Positions 36,692 to 47,898 of a DNA stretch of 64,000 nt are shown here, one piece after another. Each line of letters opens with the position of its first letter. Position 1 is the first letter of the stretch. A program made the position numbers and the translations under genes. The notes beneath the pieces were generated by a model. It searched no databases, was not told the DNA's origin, and saw nothing but the letters and a program-made list of their open reading frames with translations. The DNA comes from a virus. Lineage: Duplodnaviria; Caudoviricetes. The stretch spans positions 6,396-70,395 of the IMG/VR virus record IMGVR_UViG_2772190757_000004; one strand, given 5' to 3'.

Positions 36692-38320
36692 TCATGGTGC
36701 GGCTCCTTCAGTCGAGGCGTCCGGTTCGGCGTGCAGGACGGCGCGCAACCTCGCTCCAATCCATGCACCGACGGCGGGGCTCACAGCGTTGCCGAACCCA
36801 TCGCACTGATCGCGGGCGCTGCCCCACACCACGAACTCGCCCGGCCGATCAGGGAAGGTGGTGTCGAATCCGCAGCCGCGGCCCACCTCGTGCGGGGCGA
36901 GCATCCGGAAGTGGCAGTCCTCCACCGCCAGCTCCGCGAGCGCGGCCGCCCACTCGGCGGTGAGCAGTCCTGGGATCTGATCTGATGTCACGGTCGGCAT
37001 CGGCTCACTGCTGATCGTCGGGGTTGTGTTGCGCCGGAACGGTACGACCCCGGCCATCAAGCTCAGGGTCTCGGACCCGACGGCGGTCGGCAGCGGGTCG
37101 CCGAGGCTGCGCGGACTGCCCTGATAGTTGTTGACCGCGGCGAACAGCATCGCCAGCTCATGGGTCGAGGTGACCGTGTCCATCGGCTGCGAGAAATGTT
37201 TGCCGTCGCCGTTGTGCCGGTGCGCGGCGAACACCGCCCCGGTCGACAGGATCGCGGTCTCCTGCTGGCTGGTCTGCGTGGCCAAAGGCTGCCACGGATG
37301 GCGTTCGCTGCCGTGCATGCTCTTGGCGGGCATGAGGATCGCGGGGAACTCGGCGAACCGTTGACGGCACCGTTCGATCCGCGCCATCGTTGCCGGCTTG
37401 AGCGGCTTCGTCCGGTCCCCGATCCGGGCGCCCAGCGTGCTCAAGTCCAACGCGGTCAGCGACGGGCTCATCGGCGGCACGACCTCTCTGCGGCACCGCG
37501 GGCACCGGTAGTCGTACTGGCGTCCGTAACTCACCGACCCGCTCGCGGGTACGCCGGTACGCCACGACCACACCGCCTGGACGGCTTGGTCGCAGTGCGC
37601 GCACCATGACAACGGCCGATGCTCGAGATCCGGTTCAGGCAGCCGTCGGTCCCACAGGGCGAGGTAGTACCGGTTGCGGGACTGGGGCACGCCGAAGAAC
37701 ATCGAGTTCAGGTACAGCACCTTGTGCCGGTAGCCCTCGTTCTCGAACTGCTTGAGCCAATACCGATACGTCGAACCGTCGCCGACCTTCGGCCGTCCGG
37801 GAAGCCCCGGCCCCCATGAGGTCAGCTCGGTGGTGCATTCGACCAGGATCAACCGAGGGTGGTGGCGTGCTGCGTAGTGCAGCACGCAATTGGCGGTGGC
37901 GCGGTCTCGTTCCGAGCGAGTGACCCGCTCGTCGAAGTCCGGGTCGTCCAGATCGAACAGCGACAGCCCTTGCTCGTACGCCTTCTTCGTGTTGGCCTGC
38001 GAATGATTCACACACGACACACCAGCGACGAGCAGGTCGGCCGCGGGCAGGTCGCGCGCCGAGTGGTAGTCCGAGGATTCAGGGTCGACGAGGTCGGCGA
38101 TCCAATGCTCGGCGTCGGGATGGTTGGCCTCGTGGACCTCGACCTTGTAGGCGTTGTGGTTCGCGGCCATGATCGTGGTGAACCCGGCCATCTCGATGCC
38201 GCGGGTGAGGCCACCGAACCCGGAGAACAGGTCTACTGCGACGAGGTCATCGTGGCGGAACCGGCGCCGCCGCGTGGCCGGCCTGTGCGTCGCGGTCCGG
38301 CTCGCCGTCGGCGCACTCAT
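36692..38320 (-). CDS. DNA (cytosine-5) methyltransferase, variant motifs
   Basis: Motif I DLFSGFGG, motif IV GVSC, motif VI LVECT, motif VIII VPQSRNR, motif X GNAVSP. Confidence 0.85.
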   Translation of the reverse strand: MSAPTASRTATHRPATRRRRFRHDDLVAVDLFSGFGGLTRGIEMAGFTTIMAANHNAYKVEVHEANHPDAEHWIADLVDPESSDYHSARDLPAADLLVAGVSCVNHSQANTKKAYEQGLSLFDLDDPDFDERVTRSERDRATANCVLHYAARHHPRLILVECTTELTSWGPGLPGRPKVGDGSTYRYWLKQFENEGYRHKVLYLNSMFFGVPQSRNRYYLALWDRRLPEPDLEHRPLSWCAHCDQAVQAVWSWRTGVPASGSVSYGRQYDYRCPRCRREVVPPMSPSLTALDLSTLGARIGDRTKPLKPATMARIERCRQRFAEFPAILMPAKSMHGSERHPWQPLATQTSQQETAILSTGAVFAAHRHNGDGKHFSQPMDTVTSTHELAMLFAAVNNYQGSPRSLGDPLPTAVGSETLSLMAGVVPFRRNTTPTISSEPMPTVTSDQIPGLLTAEWAAALAELAVEDCHFRMLAPHEVGRGCGFDTTFPDRPGEFVVWGSARDQCDGFGNAVSPAVGAWIGARLRAVLHAEPDASTEGAAP

Positions 38321-38736
38321 TCGACACCGCCGATTGGTCGGATACCGCCGGCGTCGTCGAGCAGCACGAACTCCCCGCGGTACAGCACAGGAATATCGGC
38401 GGCACGTTTGCGGCCCAGCCGGGATACCAGCCAGCCGTTCATGTACGCGAGGGTGCGGTTCAGCTCGATCCGCAAGTGGCAGGCGTCGGCTACGACGAGT
38501 CCGTTCGCCGGCTGGTTCACCCACTCCTCGCGGGTGCCGCCGATTTGCCTCGGACCGCGGTGGTGACAGGTTGATGCGGGACCGCAATCGTCGATCTCGC
38601 AGCGTCCGCCCGAGCGGCCGAACATGATGCCCTTCGCAGCCTTCGAGAATCCGTCAGGGTTCGGTTTCGTCTTGCGTGGCTGCCGTTTCGGCCACGACTG
38701 CCGAACCACGTCACGGACGCGCGGATTAACGCTCAC
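38317..38736 (-). CDS. HNH endonuclease
   Basis: RSGGRCEI..C, HHR.PR..GG, NGL..CH. Confidence 0.75.
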   Translation of the reverse strand: MSVNPRVRDVVRQSWPKRQPRKTKPNPDGFSKAAKGIMFGRSGGRCEIDDCGPASTCHHRGPRQIGGTREEWVNQPANGLVVADACHLRIELNRTLAYMNGWLVSRLGRKRAADIPVLYRGEFVLLDDAGGIRPIGGVE

Positions 38737-39309
38737 GACGCCCCCTCAGCCAACACGGCATACACGTAGGTCTCGACCGCGAGTTGCTGATCCGAGGTGA
38801 ATGCGAGGCCGACATCGATAGCCGCGATCATGTTCGCCATCCGCTGCTCGTCGGCGAGGTAGAGCAGGGCGTGTACGTTCGCCGCGGCGAAGTCGCGCTG
38901 ATTCATAGCGGTCTGGGCCGCTTCTCTGTGATCGCTCATGCGCCATCGCCGCCGTAGCCGGACAGGCGCATCGCCTCGATCGCCAGCTTGGCGCGGGTCT
39001 GCAACGACGACCGCTCCGAACGACGCTCCTCGACCATGTCCGCGCCGTACTTCACCTCGATCTCAGCCAGCTCCGCCTGGTACTGGACCTCATTGGTTTG
39101 GTCGTCGACCCACTCCGACCGCGCCTTGTCTGAGCTGCGTGGCGCCGCGGCGCGCGCGGCGGCCTTGGCTTGCCGCAGCGCCTTCTTCGCGTCGGCCTGC
39201 TGCACGCGCAGCCGCTTCAGCTCCAGCGCCGCCCGACCGCCCGTGGACTCCAACCGGCGCAGGTTGCGGGCGATGTCGACCAGGTTGAACGCTTCGTCGA
39301 GTTCGTCGC

Positions 39310-39936
39310 TCACGGCTGCACCTCGCCCGACACCTCGCGGTAGTGCGTCGTCAGCGCTTTGATCGCGGCAACGTCCCTGGACCGGCCGATCTCGCCGTGC
39401 CCGTCGGCGGCGAACCGTTCGGCCGCCTCACCCGGAGAGATCCCGATACGGTTGAGCAACTCCAGCAGTTCGGTGCGCGCAGTCACCGCCGGATCCGGTG
39501 CGGGTTCGGACCGCTCGTAGGTGTCCTGCTCCGGGTCGCGCTCGTCGGTCGGCAGGCAGAGTGTTTGGATGAGCGCCGTCCGATACGCCACCGAGTGCGC
39601 TTTCGCTGTGGCCTTGTCTCCCGAATCGAAGCTTTCGGCGGCCACAGACGCCACCACCTCGTCGCCTTCGGGGCCGAACCAGTGGAATTTGACCTGGAGT
39701 CGCACAGAGGACATCTCCGTACGGTTCTTTCCGACGGTGACGATTTCGTAGTCGGCAGTCACCAGCTCGGGCACGACGATAACGCCGTGCTTCCTGAGGA
39801 TGGGGCCTACCGCGTTAATAACGTCATCGACGCCGCGGAAGTTGTATTTGGCCCCCGGAGCGTCGTTCCAGCCACCTTTGCCAACGGCTCCGACATCGTT
39901 CATTACTGCGCTCAGGGCCTGGTAGATAGTGGTCAT
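39310..39936 (-). CDS. ERF-family ssDNA annealing protein
   Basis: YNFRGVDDV, DSGDKATAKAHSVAYR..LPTD. Confidence 0.85.
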   Translation of the reverse strand: MTTIYQALSAVMNDVGAVGKGGWNDAPGAKYNFRGVDDVINAVGPILRKHGVIVVPELVTADYEIVTVGKNRTEMSSVRLQVKFHWFGPEGDEVVASVAAESFDSGDKATAKAHSVAYRTALIQTLCLPTDERDPEQDTYERSEPAPDPAVTARTELLELLNRIGISPGEAAERFAADGHGEIGRSRDVAAIKALTTHYREVSGEVQP

Positions 39937-40445
39937 GCCGTCGCCTTCGATCGAATCCGGTTCTTGTAGGCGGCTTTCTGCCTGCGCAAGCAGGTTCGGC
40001 AGTCGCGGCCACCGTTGGTCCTGATATAGGTATTGACGGGCGTGAACTCATGCCCGCGGACGCAGTGCGTCTTCGATCCGTTGTGGTGCGTGCCGTGCTG
40101 CACGGCGTCTCGGTTGTTGTCGGACCGAGTCCCCCAATACAGATTTGCCACGCGATTGTTGCTGGGGTCGCCATCTCGATGGCACGCCTCCATGCCGACG
40201 TCGGGTGGGCCAACGAACACCTCCAGAACCAGGCGGTGCACGGCACGGTGGGTGCGCCTCCGTCCGCGGTAGAGATGAAACTGAACGTGCCCCGATTTCT
40301 GAGTCGATCCGCGTAATGGTCTGCCCTGCAACGTCTTCGCACGGTTTCCGTGCGCAACAACCCGGTCGATTGAGCGCACATGGCCGCAATCGCTGACCTG
40401 GTACAGCCCTTCGAAACCAGGGACATCGCGCCATTGTTCTGTCAC
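39933..40445 (-). CDS. NUMOD4-HNH homing endonuclease
   Basis: EQWRDVPGFEGLYQVSD.G.VRS, VHRLVLEVFVG, CHRDGDPSNN..NL, KTHCVRGHEF. Confidence 0.88.
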   Translation of the reverse strand: MTEQWRDVPGFEGLYQVSDCGHVRSIDRVVAHGNRAKTLQGRPLRGSTQKSGHVQFHLYRGRRRTHRAVHRLVLEVFVGPPDVGMEACHRDGDPSNNRVANLYWGTRSDNNRDAVQHGTHHNGSKTHCVRGHEFTPVNTYIRTNGGRDCRTCLRRQKAAYKNRIRSKATA

Positions 40446-41362
40446 GAAAGCAGCTCCTCAGCGAAGTAGCGCGCCCGAGCGGTCAGGCGCATTGAATGGA
40501 TGTGGTCGCCGTAGCCGGGCCAGTAGTCCTCGGCGACGCAGGCGGCGTAGATGTCGATGGCGAGCCGGTTGAGTCGCCGGCCGAGCGCGACATCGTCATC
40601 GCTGAACTCGTGCACCGAGATCAGGTATGGCGGGGTCTTCTCCTGGACGACGAAGATGAAGCGGTCGATCTCGATTCCGCAGGCGGCGAACACATCCCGG
40701 TACCAGGGGTCCTGGCAGTGATATCCGATCCCCGACGCGGACACTCTGAACAGCGAGGGATCGGCGTTCTTGCTGGTTTTGTAGTCGACGATGGTCGGCT
40801 GGCCGCGGAAGGCGGTGCGCCAGTCCGCGCGGGCACGCAGCCTGGTCCACGTCGCGGGGTCCAGGCAGTAGGCGGAGGTCTCGGCCACGCCGTCGGCGAG
40901 CAGTTCGGCGGCGAGCGGGTGGTCGGCTATCGCGGCTGCCATCGCTTTGATCTCGGAGACCTTCGCGCTCAGCAGCGGCACCTTGCCCGCGTCGTAGGCG
41001 GCTTGGCGCTCCTCCCGAGCGGCTTTGGTTTGCCACGATTCCGCGGCCACTTCCACGATGTCGAGGCCGACGCCGAGCACCAGCGAGTGCGCGGCGTGGC
41101 CCTCGTCGAAGTGGGCCGCGGTGACCTTGCCGTGGTCTCGTTCGTGTTTGAACGCCGCCGGGCATCCGGGCGGCAGGATTTTGCGGGCACCCGAGGACGA
41201 CAGGCTGCTCGTGTCGCCGTGATACTCCGTGTCGGTGACGTCGTCGTATACACCCGGCTCCCGGATGCGCAGCTCCCGGTCGTCGACCTCGCCGCCGCCA
41301 CAATGCGAGCACCCCGCGCCGCGGCAGATCGGGCAGTCGTGCACAGCAGGCGCGTCAGTCAT
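40442..41362 (-). CDS. RecE/ExoVIII-like PD-(D/E)XK exonuclease
   Basis: YH..SLSSSGAR, GHAAH, RARADW..IVDYKT, YHCQ..WY, FVVQEKTPPY. Confidence 0.85.
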   Translation of the reverse strand: MTDAPAVHDCPICRGAGCSHCGGGEVDDRELRIREPGVYDDVTDTEYHGDTSSLSSSGARKILPPGCPAAFKHERDHGKVTAAHFDEGHAAHSLVLGVGLDIVEVAAESWQTKAAREERQAAYDAGKVPLLSAKVSEIKAMAAAIADHPLAAELLADGVAETSAYCLDPATWTRLRARADWRTAFRGQPTIVDYKTSKNADPSLFRVSASGIGYHCQDPWYRDVFAACGIEIDRFIFVVQEKTPPYLISVHEFSDDDVALGRRLNRLAIDIYAACVAEDYWPGYGDHIHSMRLTARARYFAEELLS

Positions 41363-41540
41363 GAACCCTCCGTGATGAATTCGCCGATCTCATCCAGGTC
41401 GGTGCCGGTGAATTTCGCGACGTAGCCGTACTCGACGACGTCACCGCGGCGGTCCAGCCCATGCACCGCAAACCGGATCCCGCCGTCGGGATCACGCTCG
41501 ATGTCCAGCCGGGACAGGCCGTTGGTCCAGGTACGGATAC

Positions 41541-42206
41541 TCACGCCGCCTCCCGGGGATGCCGCCGGGCCCAAGCGGCTTTCGTGCCCGGCTCATCGAT
41601 GGAGTCTTCGTCCCACTCGAACGGCAGCGGCCACATCCGCTCCAGCCCATACGCGGCGGCGTCATCCGACGGCCCCTGCTCGAACTGCAACCTGTTGAAC
41701 AGGGCGACCACCTCGTGGTGGCGGTAGGCACGGATCCGGATGCTGCGATGGATGAGCCGGTCCATACCGGCGCGCCTCATCCCGAGGTCGTAGGCCATCG
41801 TGGCCATGGGCCATCCGGCCGATACCAGCGCCCGCAGCCTGCGCGTGGACCCTAGCGCCGGAACAACCTCATGCCCTTGAGCGGACGCCACGAGTGCCGC
41901 CACGGTCTGCGGTACCGGCACCGCTGCAATGCGCTGCGCAGTGAGCCGGCCGATCTGCGGGGGACGCTCCCGGAGCAGTCTGCTGAACGTCGCCGCTGGC
42001 ACCGCCGACAGCCGTCGGATCTGCAGGTGCCCCATCGCGGCGTCGGTCAGCGCGTCGATGTGCGCGAAGGTATCCGCCGCCGGTACCAGTTCGGATTCCC
42101 AGCGCCCGTAGGCGAGTTCCTTGTTGCGCAGCGCCGAGTAGCACGTGCCGCACAGCCCCCTCTTCAGGTCGGTTACGACGGGGCACCGCGTACACCGGCT
42201 CATCAC
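41541..42206 (-). CDS. Zn-knuckle plus tandem HTH-like domain protein
   Basis: CTRC..RGLCGTC; RRLRALVSAGW; WPLP.EWDE..ID. Confidence 0.6.
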   Translation of the reverse strand: MMSRCTRCPVVTDLKRGLCGTCYSALRNKELAYGRWESELVPAADTFAHIDALTDAAMGHLQIRRLSAVPAATFSRLLRERPPQIGRLTAQRIAAVPVPQTVAALVASAQGHEVVPALGSTRRLRALVSAGWPMATMAYDLGMRRAGMDRLIHRSIRIRAYRHHEVVALFNRLQFEQGPSDDAAAYGLERMWPLPFEWDEDSIDEPGTKAAWARRHPREAA

Positions 42207-42781
42207 GCCACCCCCTCAGCGGCACGCTGCGGGACAGCCACGGCCATAATGCGTTTCGCCGCGACAGCCGAGATGAACTGCTGCAGCTTGCCGTACTTCG
42301 GTGTGACCAACCGCCACAGCAGCTGCGGTGACACCGACGCCGCTTCCGCAACCACCGGTCGTGGCATGCCCGCGGCCTCCAGTTCGGCCAGGTGCGCACG
42401 CACAGGGTCGGCGTCAGCCAAGCCCCGGCAGGCCGGGCACAGCTGCCGCATGTACCGGCCAGGCCGGAACCGCCCGCCGCACTTGGCGCAAATCCCCGGC
42501 GCGGACGGGGCCGCCCTGCCCAGGCTCTTCTTCAGCAGGATCCGGTCGACCGGATCGGACAAGTCGAATCCTGCGCGTATCCCGAACTGCTCACCGGAGT
42601 CGTCGGCGACCTCGCCGCATTCCCGCCGCACTGGGCAGTCGCTGCAGGTCTCCTTCGCCAGCGCAGCGTAAGAGGAGTCGAACCATATGTCGGCGTCATC
42701 GCCCGCGCATTTGGCGCGTTGCCGCCAATGCCCGCTGACCCCGGTTCGGTATGAGATCCGGTCGACTTTCACCCCGGTCAT
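42203..42781 (-). CDS. whiB: WhiB-family transcription factor with C-terminal extension
   Basis: WRQRAKC..D.DIWF..AKETCSDCPVRREC..FGIRAG. Confidence 0.8.
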   Translation of the reverse strand: MTGVKVDRISYRTGVSGHWRQRAKCAGDDADIWFDSSYAALAKETCSDCPVRRECGEVADDSGEQFGIRAGFDLSDPVDRILLKKSLGRAAPSAPGICAKCGGRFRPGRYMRQLCPACRGLADADPVRAHLAELEAAGMPRPVVAEAASVSPQLLWRLVTPKYGKLQQFISAVAAKRIMAVAVPQRAAEGVA

Positions 42782-45700
42782 GCGGTCACTCCTACGCAGT
42801 GGTCGCAGCGGATCCGGCAGCCCAGAGCATCGAGCGCGGCGACGGTGGCGTCGACTTCGCGTTCGCACCCGCCGCAGCGCGCGAGGACCGGCGCCGCGGC
42901 ACGGCGCGCGCTGTTGTCGGCGACGATGTCGGACTCCGAGCATCGCGCGCAGCGCTCCACGGGACTGGGCGCCGACTTGGACTGGTACGAGTGGCCGAGC
43001 GCGACGCGCCGGATCGTGTCGACCCGCCGCCCGTACTGTTTGGCCAGCGCCTCCACTGACGCCCCGGCGCCGTACCGGGTGCGGATATTGGCCACCTGAC
43101 GAGGAGTCAGGCGCGGCAAGTACTGCTTGCCCCTATTGCTGCTCAAAGTCCCACCTGCCGATCAACCCACTGGTCGTGCCCGCGGTCGGCGGCGCCGTCG
43201 TCTGGATCGACCGGTTCTTCGGTGGCGGTGAGGGTCTCGAGTAGCCACTCCGCCAGATACGACGTCGGGGCACCCATCCACGGGGCGGGCGCCGCGCCCG
43301 TGCACCGCCCGGTGGTCAGGTCCCAGAACGCCCGGAACTGCCGATCGCCGCGGGTGAATTCGGTGCGGAAGCCTTCTCGGTTGATCACCCAACCGTGTTC
43401 CAGCGCAGCCTGTTCCACGACAACGCGCTCGGTCAGGTCAGTCGCAGTCATAGATTCCCTGCTTCCGGTAGGGCCAGGTTTTCTCCGGGTCTCGGCGGTT
43501 GCAGTCCAGGCAGCAGCAGAAGCCTTTGCCGGTGTGCATGTGCGCCGGATGGCGGGTGGTGCGTTCGAAGAACTCGAACCATCGCTCCCTCACGGCTCCG
43601 TCCTCCCGTCGTGTTCGTGCTCCCAATCGGCCTCGGCTGGAGCGAAATGCCAGTCGTCCCAGTCATGCCCGTCGGCGACGAGCGGGGCCTCGCGGTGGTG
43701 GAACGCGGCCGCGAACGCGTCGGCCAGATGCTGGGCGATATGCGGGTGAGGCAGATGCGCGCGCGGGAACAGATGCCGTGTCATGACGGCACCTCGGCGA
43801 ACTCCCACTCGATGTACTCGTTGTTGAAGTGCGTCGTGATCGGACCGCTCATCCCGACGAAAATGTCGCTCTCGGCGAGCATCTCCGGCATCGGATCGAC
43901 CGCGCCTTGTTCGGCGTTGTCGAAGAAGGACTTCATCCAGCACTCGTCCTGCTGGACGTACGGATGCTCGTGGTCCCGATCCCAGGTCTCGCAGTCGCAA
44001 TCCGGATAGCTGTGACATTCCGCGCCGATCGTGCCGTGGCAGGCGAACTCGATGCGCGGGTTGTCCTCGGTGCCGGTGATGGTGACCGTGTGCAGGAGCG
44101 CGGTCATGCCGCAGCCTCCTGATCGCCAACGACGATGCGCTGCAACGCCACAACCGTCTCGTGCTCAGGCGTCCCCGCCGGGAACGCCACCGACATCTGC
44201 CGCAAGAACTTCGCCCACCGCCGCTCCGGCGTCAGCAACAACGCCCGCCCGATCTCGAACGCCGTCGACGGGACCGGCAGCGACGCGATGTAGAGGCAGG
44301 ACCGGAACACGGCCTTCGGGTCGACGGCGCTCATGCCGCCGCTCCCCTACCGCCGAGGAGCAGCCAGATGTCGTACGCGACCTCGAATGTCCTGGACTGC
44401 GGCGGGTTGTTGGCCATGACCGCGGTCACCGACTCCATCACCTGATCGCGGGAACCGTCGCCGAGGATCTCCCACACCCAGCGGCCAACGCGATGCTCCA
44501 TCGACTCGGCCGGGGTGCGCAGCAGGTCGGCGACGAACGCGACCGCTGCCTCCGGAATCGCCGCCTCCGGAATCGCGCTCATGACGGCACCGCCTTCGGG
44601 AACAGCTTCGACAGCAGGTAGCCCGCGATCTGACTCTCCCGGCTGCCACGGTCTTCGAGGTACATCTCGACCAGCAGCGTCAGCAGCGCATCGTCGTCGG
44701 AGATCGCCTGGACGGCATCAGCCATGTGGTGTTCGATGGAATCGATTGGGGTGCGCAACATTTGCGCGACGTACTGCTCGTACGCGTCAGGATGAACGGC
44801 CATCGGGTAAACTCGTTTCTTGCGTTGTGAAATTCGCTGGCCGGTAGGAGTGGGCGCTCCTCCGGCCGATCCCCGTTTCAGGGGACGTTTGGGACACCCC
44901 CCGGACCGCTTGCATCGCCATGTAGCGGTCCGGGGGATGTGGCCTCACCGCACGGAGACTCGTCGTCATGCGATGAGGGGGCATGGAGGGCGCCGGCCGC
45001 GACACACGACGAACACCAGTCGCCCGGAAACAGCCACTTCAGGTCACGGCAGGACGCCCCACCACACACGCAACCCCGGGCGGCGATCAGCGCCAGCGCA
45101 CCTCGCCATTGCAGGGCCAGGTCAGCATCAATCGGGGCATGCCGGGTCTGATCTCGTTCGGCCGCGCGACGGACAATCTCCTGCCCGACCTCAACCGGTA
45201 CCGACTCCCGCAGTGCACGAGCCTCCGGAGCGCCGAGGGACGACGCCTCGATCAGTTGGTGGATGTCGGCCGTCAGACTCGCGTCGGCCGCCGCAGCGGA
45301 CTCAGCGAAGAATTCCCCGAAGTCATCCTCGATGCTATGGCTCATCGCTGATCACCAGCCTCGACCGGGACGACGCGGTCGTCGTCATCGAACAGCGCCG
45401 CGATCGGCCACACGCATTCGGTCATCGGCTCAGTCGCCTCACCGTTGTGCTCACGGCGGATGATGGTCAGTACGACATGTAAACCACTGCGGCGATAGTC
45501 ACGGATCGCCTTCACCCGATACATGTCCCGGATCGAACTGTTGTCGTTGTCACGGAACAGATCACCGACACGCAGTACCTGACCTGTCGCGAAGCGATGC
45601 TCCGTCCGCACCCTGTAGGACTCGCTCATGACAGCTCCTCCCCGTAGTAGCCGGTCGACTCGATCTGCTCGGCCATCTGCCTGCGGTAGTCCCGCACTGC

Positions 45701-46749
45701 GCTGTCGACGCCGACGATCGGCAACTGCGCCGCCGTCCGCGCCGCGTCTTGCCGGGCAGCCTCCGCTGCCATTTCATCGAGCAGTGCCCGGAGTACCGCC
45801 TCAGCGATCCGCGTGAGCCCCGCCTCGTCGCCTGCACAAATCGGGCAACCCGGGTAGTAGCCGTGGTTTTCGTGGGCCGACATCACCGCCAGTTCGGGCG
45901 TATCGGCGCGTGATTCCCACGGGCGTGTCAGCAGCAGCTCGCCCAATTGCTCGGCGGTCAGCGGGAGCGCGTCCCGTCGCGGCGCAAGCGGCCGAGGGGT
46001 CCGCTGCGGATCACGACGACGGGACGCACCCCGCACCCCGGCCCGGCGCACAGGACCGAGGGGACTGATACCGCGCGCCAACACGGCATACACGGCAGAC
46101 ACCAGCAGCGCGAGGACAACGAGAGCGATCAGGAAGGTGCTCATGCGCGCCCCCGAAGCTTGGTCACGGTGACTCGGAACCGGTCACCGTTGGGCATGGA
46201 GTAGATGAATTCGCGTCCGGACCACGGGCAGCAGTCGCAGCGCTGGACCTTGAACCCATCGGCGATCAACGTGTCCCGGATGTCACGGGCCGCATCGTGG
46301 GCGGTGAACGGAACGGCGGGGCGCATCACTGCTCTCCACCTCCCCGCACCACACGCAGACGGGGTTGGGGTGCACCCGGTGACTGCACCGAGGGGGGATC
46401 GGCGACCACAGGGTCTACCGGGTGCACCCCGCCCTCGGGGGCTGCAGGGGACGCCACACCGAGGGAGATAGAGAGCCCGCCACGAATGCGGGCAATGAGA
46501 AGGACGACACCGATGGAGATCAGGCACCAGCCACCGAACACGGCAGCGACGATCAGCAGCGCGTTCATGCCGCACCGCCGATCGAGATCTCGAACGGGAG
46601 CTTGGGCATACGCCCGTCACGCCCGCGTGCGTACCAGACCGGATTCCAGTTCGCGTCCCACAGGACGATCAACGGAGGTCGGCGACGGTGCGCGCGGCGG
46701 ACCTTCATGCGAGGGAAGAACGTACGGACGCGGGGCTTCTGACCGCTGC

Positions 46750-47514
46750 TCATGACGCCACCACCTGCATGCTCAGACGGCGGCGGATAAAATCCACCCC
46801 GGACGGCTTCACCCGAGTCGTGTACGAGACACCCTCGCTACCGTCCGACCGCTCGAAATGTGTAGCCTTCACCGTGAAGTGCTGCATGTACCGCTGATAC
46901 GGGGTATTTCGCATCGCACCCTTCGCGATGAACACGCCGCGCTCGCGCAGCTCCTTGAACAGCTTGTTCTGCGACGAGCCGAGCATCCGCGCCACCGTGC
47001 CGACGAGATACGTGCCGTCGGCCTCCATGAACTGCTCGTAGGCTTCGACCTTTGGCGCGTCGACGGCGGCCTTCGCCTCCAGCTCGCCGTTACGCGCCGT
47101 CAACTCCGCGACTCGGCGCGCCGATACTTCGAGCGCGCGGTGGATCAACTCGTCCTCGGTCAGCGCAGGCACTGCGGCCTCGGCCTCACGAGTCTTCACC
47201 GCGAAATACGCCTGCGCAGCAGCGACCTCCTCCTTGCGGGGATCCCCGTTCATCGCCACGAGATAGCAGGCGAAGCGGGTGAGGTGCAGATCTTCACGCG
47301 GGCGCCCACCGGAGTTTTCGGTGACGCCAACGAAAAGGGCTACTACGTCGAATCCTTGGTTAGCCGCCGCAGCCTTCGCGCGGTCAATCGCCGCGACGAA
47401 GTTGCGCCAGTCCGCGCCGTAGCCGAGCAGCGGCATCAGCGCGCGGGCGGACCAGCGTTCGCCGGGGAGCATGATCGCGTCGAACGGCGAGGCCGCGCGG
47501 GTGAGTTCAGTCAT
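46750..47514 (-). CDS. Antirepressor (DinD/BRO-like N-terminus plus KilA-C/ANT domain)
   Basis: WSARALMPLLGY..WRNF, LTRFACYLVAMNGDPRKEEVAAAQAYFA, DAPKVEAYE, NTPYQ. Confidence 0.85.
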   Translation of the reverse strand: MTELTRAASPFDAIMLPGERWSARALMPLLGYGADWRNFVAAIDRAKAAAANQGFDVVALFVGVTENSGGRPREDLHLTRFACYLVAMNGDPRKEEVAAAQAYFAVKTREAEAAVPALTEDELIHRALEVSARRVAELTARNGELEAKAAVDAPKVEAYEQFMEADGTYLVGTVARMLGSSQNKLFKELRERGVFIAKGAMRNTPYQRYMQHFTVKATHFERSDGSEGVSYTTRVKPSGVDFIRRRLSMQVVAS

Positions 47515-47679
47515 GGGAGAGGAGCCCTTCCATGTAGTCGGCGGCGGCGTCCTCGCATCCGGGAAACGCTTCGAACGACGCCCCATCGGCGATGCCGAAC
47601 CCGGCCTTCTCTGTCTCGTGGAACAGCCATGCCAAGAACCGGTTCGGGTTGAACCCCAGCGCCGAAAGTTCCCCGGACA

Positions 47680-47898
47680 TCAGACGGTCCCGTACGCGGG
47701 CAGTGACTTGATGTAGCGGTCGAGGCTCTCGCGCTCGTAGAGAGTCTTTGCACCTTCTTTGCGGCCGCAGATCACCTCTTCACGCAGAAGCGTCTCCAGC
47801 TTCCACTTCGACAGTCCCGTATAGGCTTTCGCGCCTTCGAGATCGAAGGTGATCGGCCGGATGTCGACCGCCGCGGTGGGCGTCAGGTCGTCGCTCAT
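47680..47898 (-). CDS. Excisionase-like HTH protein
   Basis: AKAYTGLS...GRKEGAKTLY.RESLDRYI. Confidence 0.75.
   Translation of the reverse strand: MSDDLTPTAAVDIRPITFDLEGAKAYTGLSKWKLETLLREEVICGRKEGAKTLYERESLDRYIKSLPAYGTV

Noticed and set aside
44897-44936. GC-rich hairpin in early operon
   Set aside because: No U-tract and overlaps an ORF end; cannot distinguish terminator from chance
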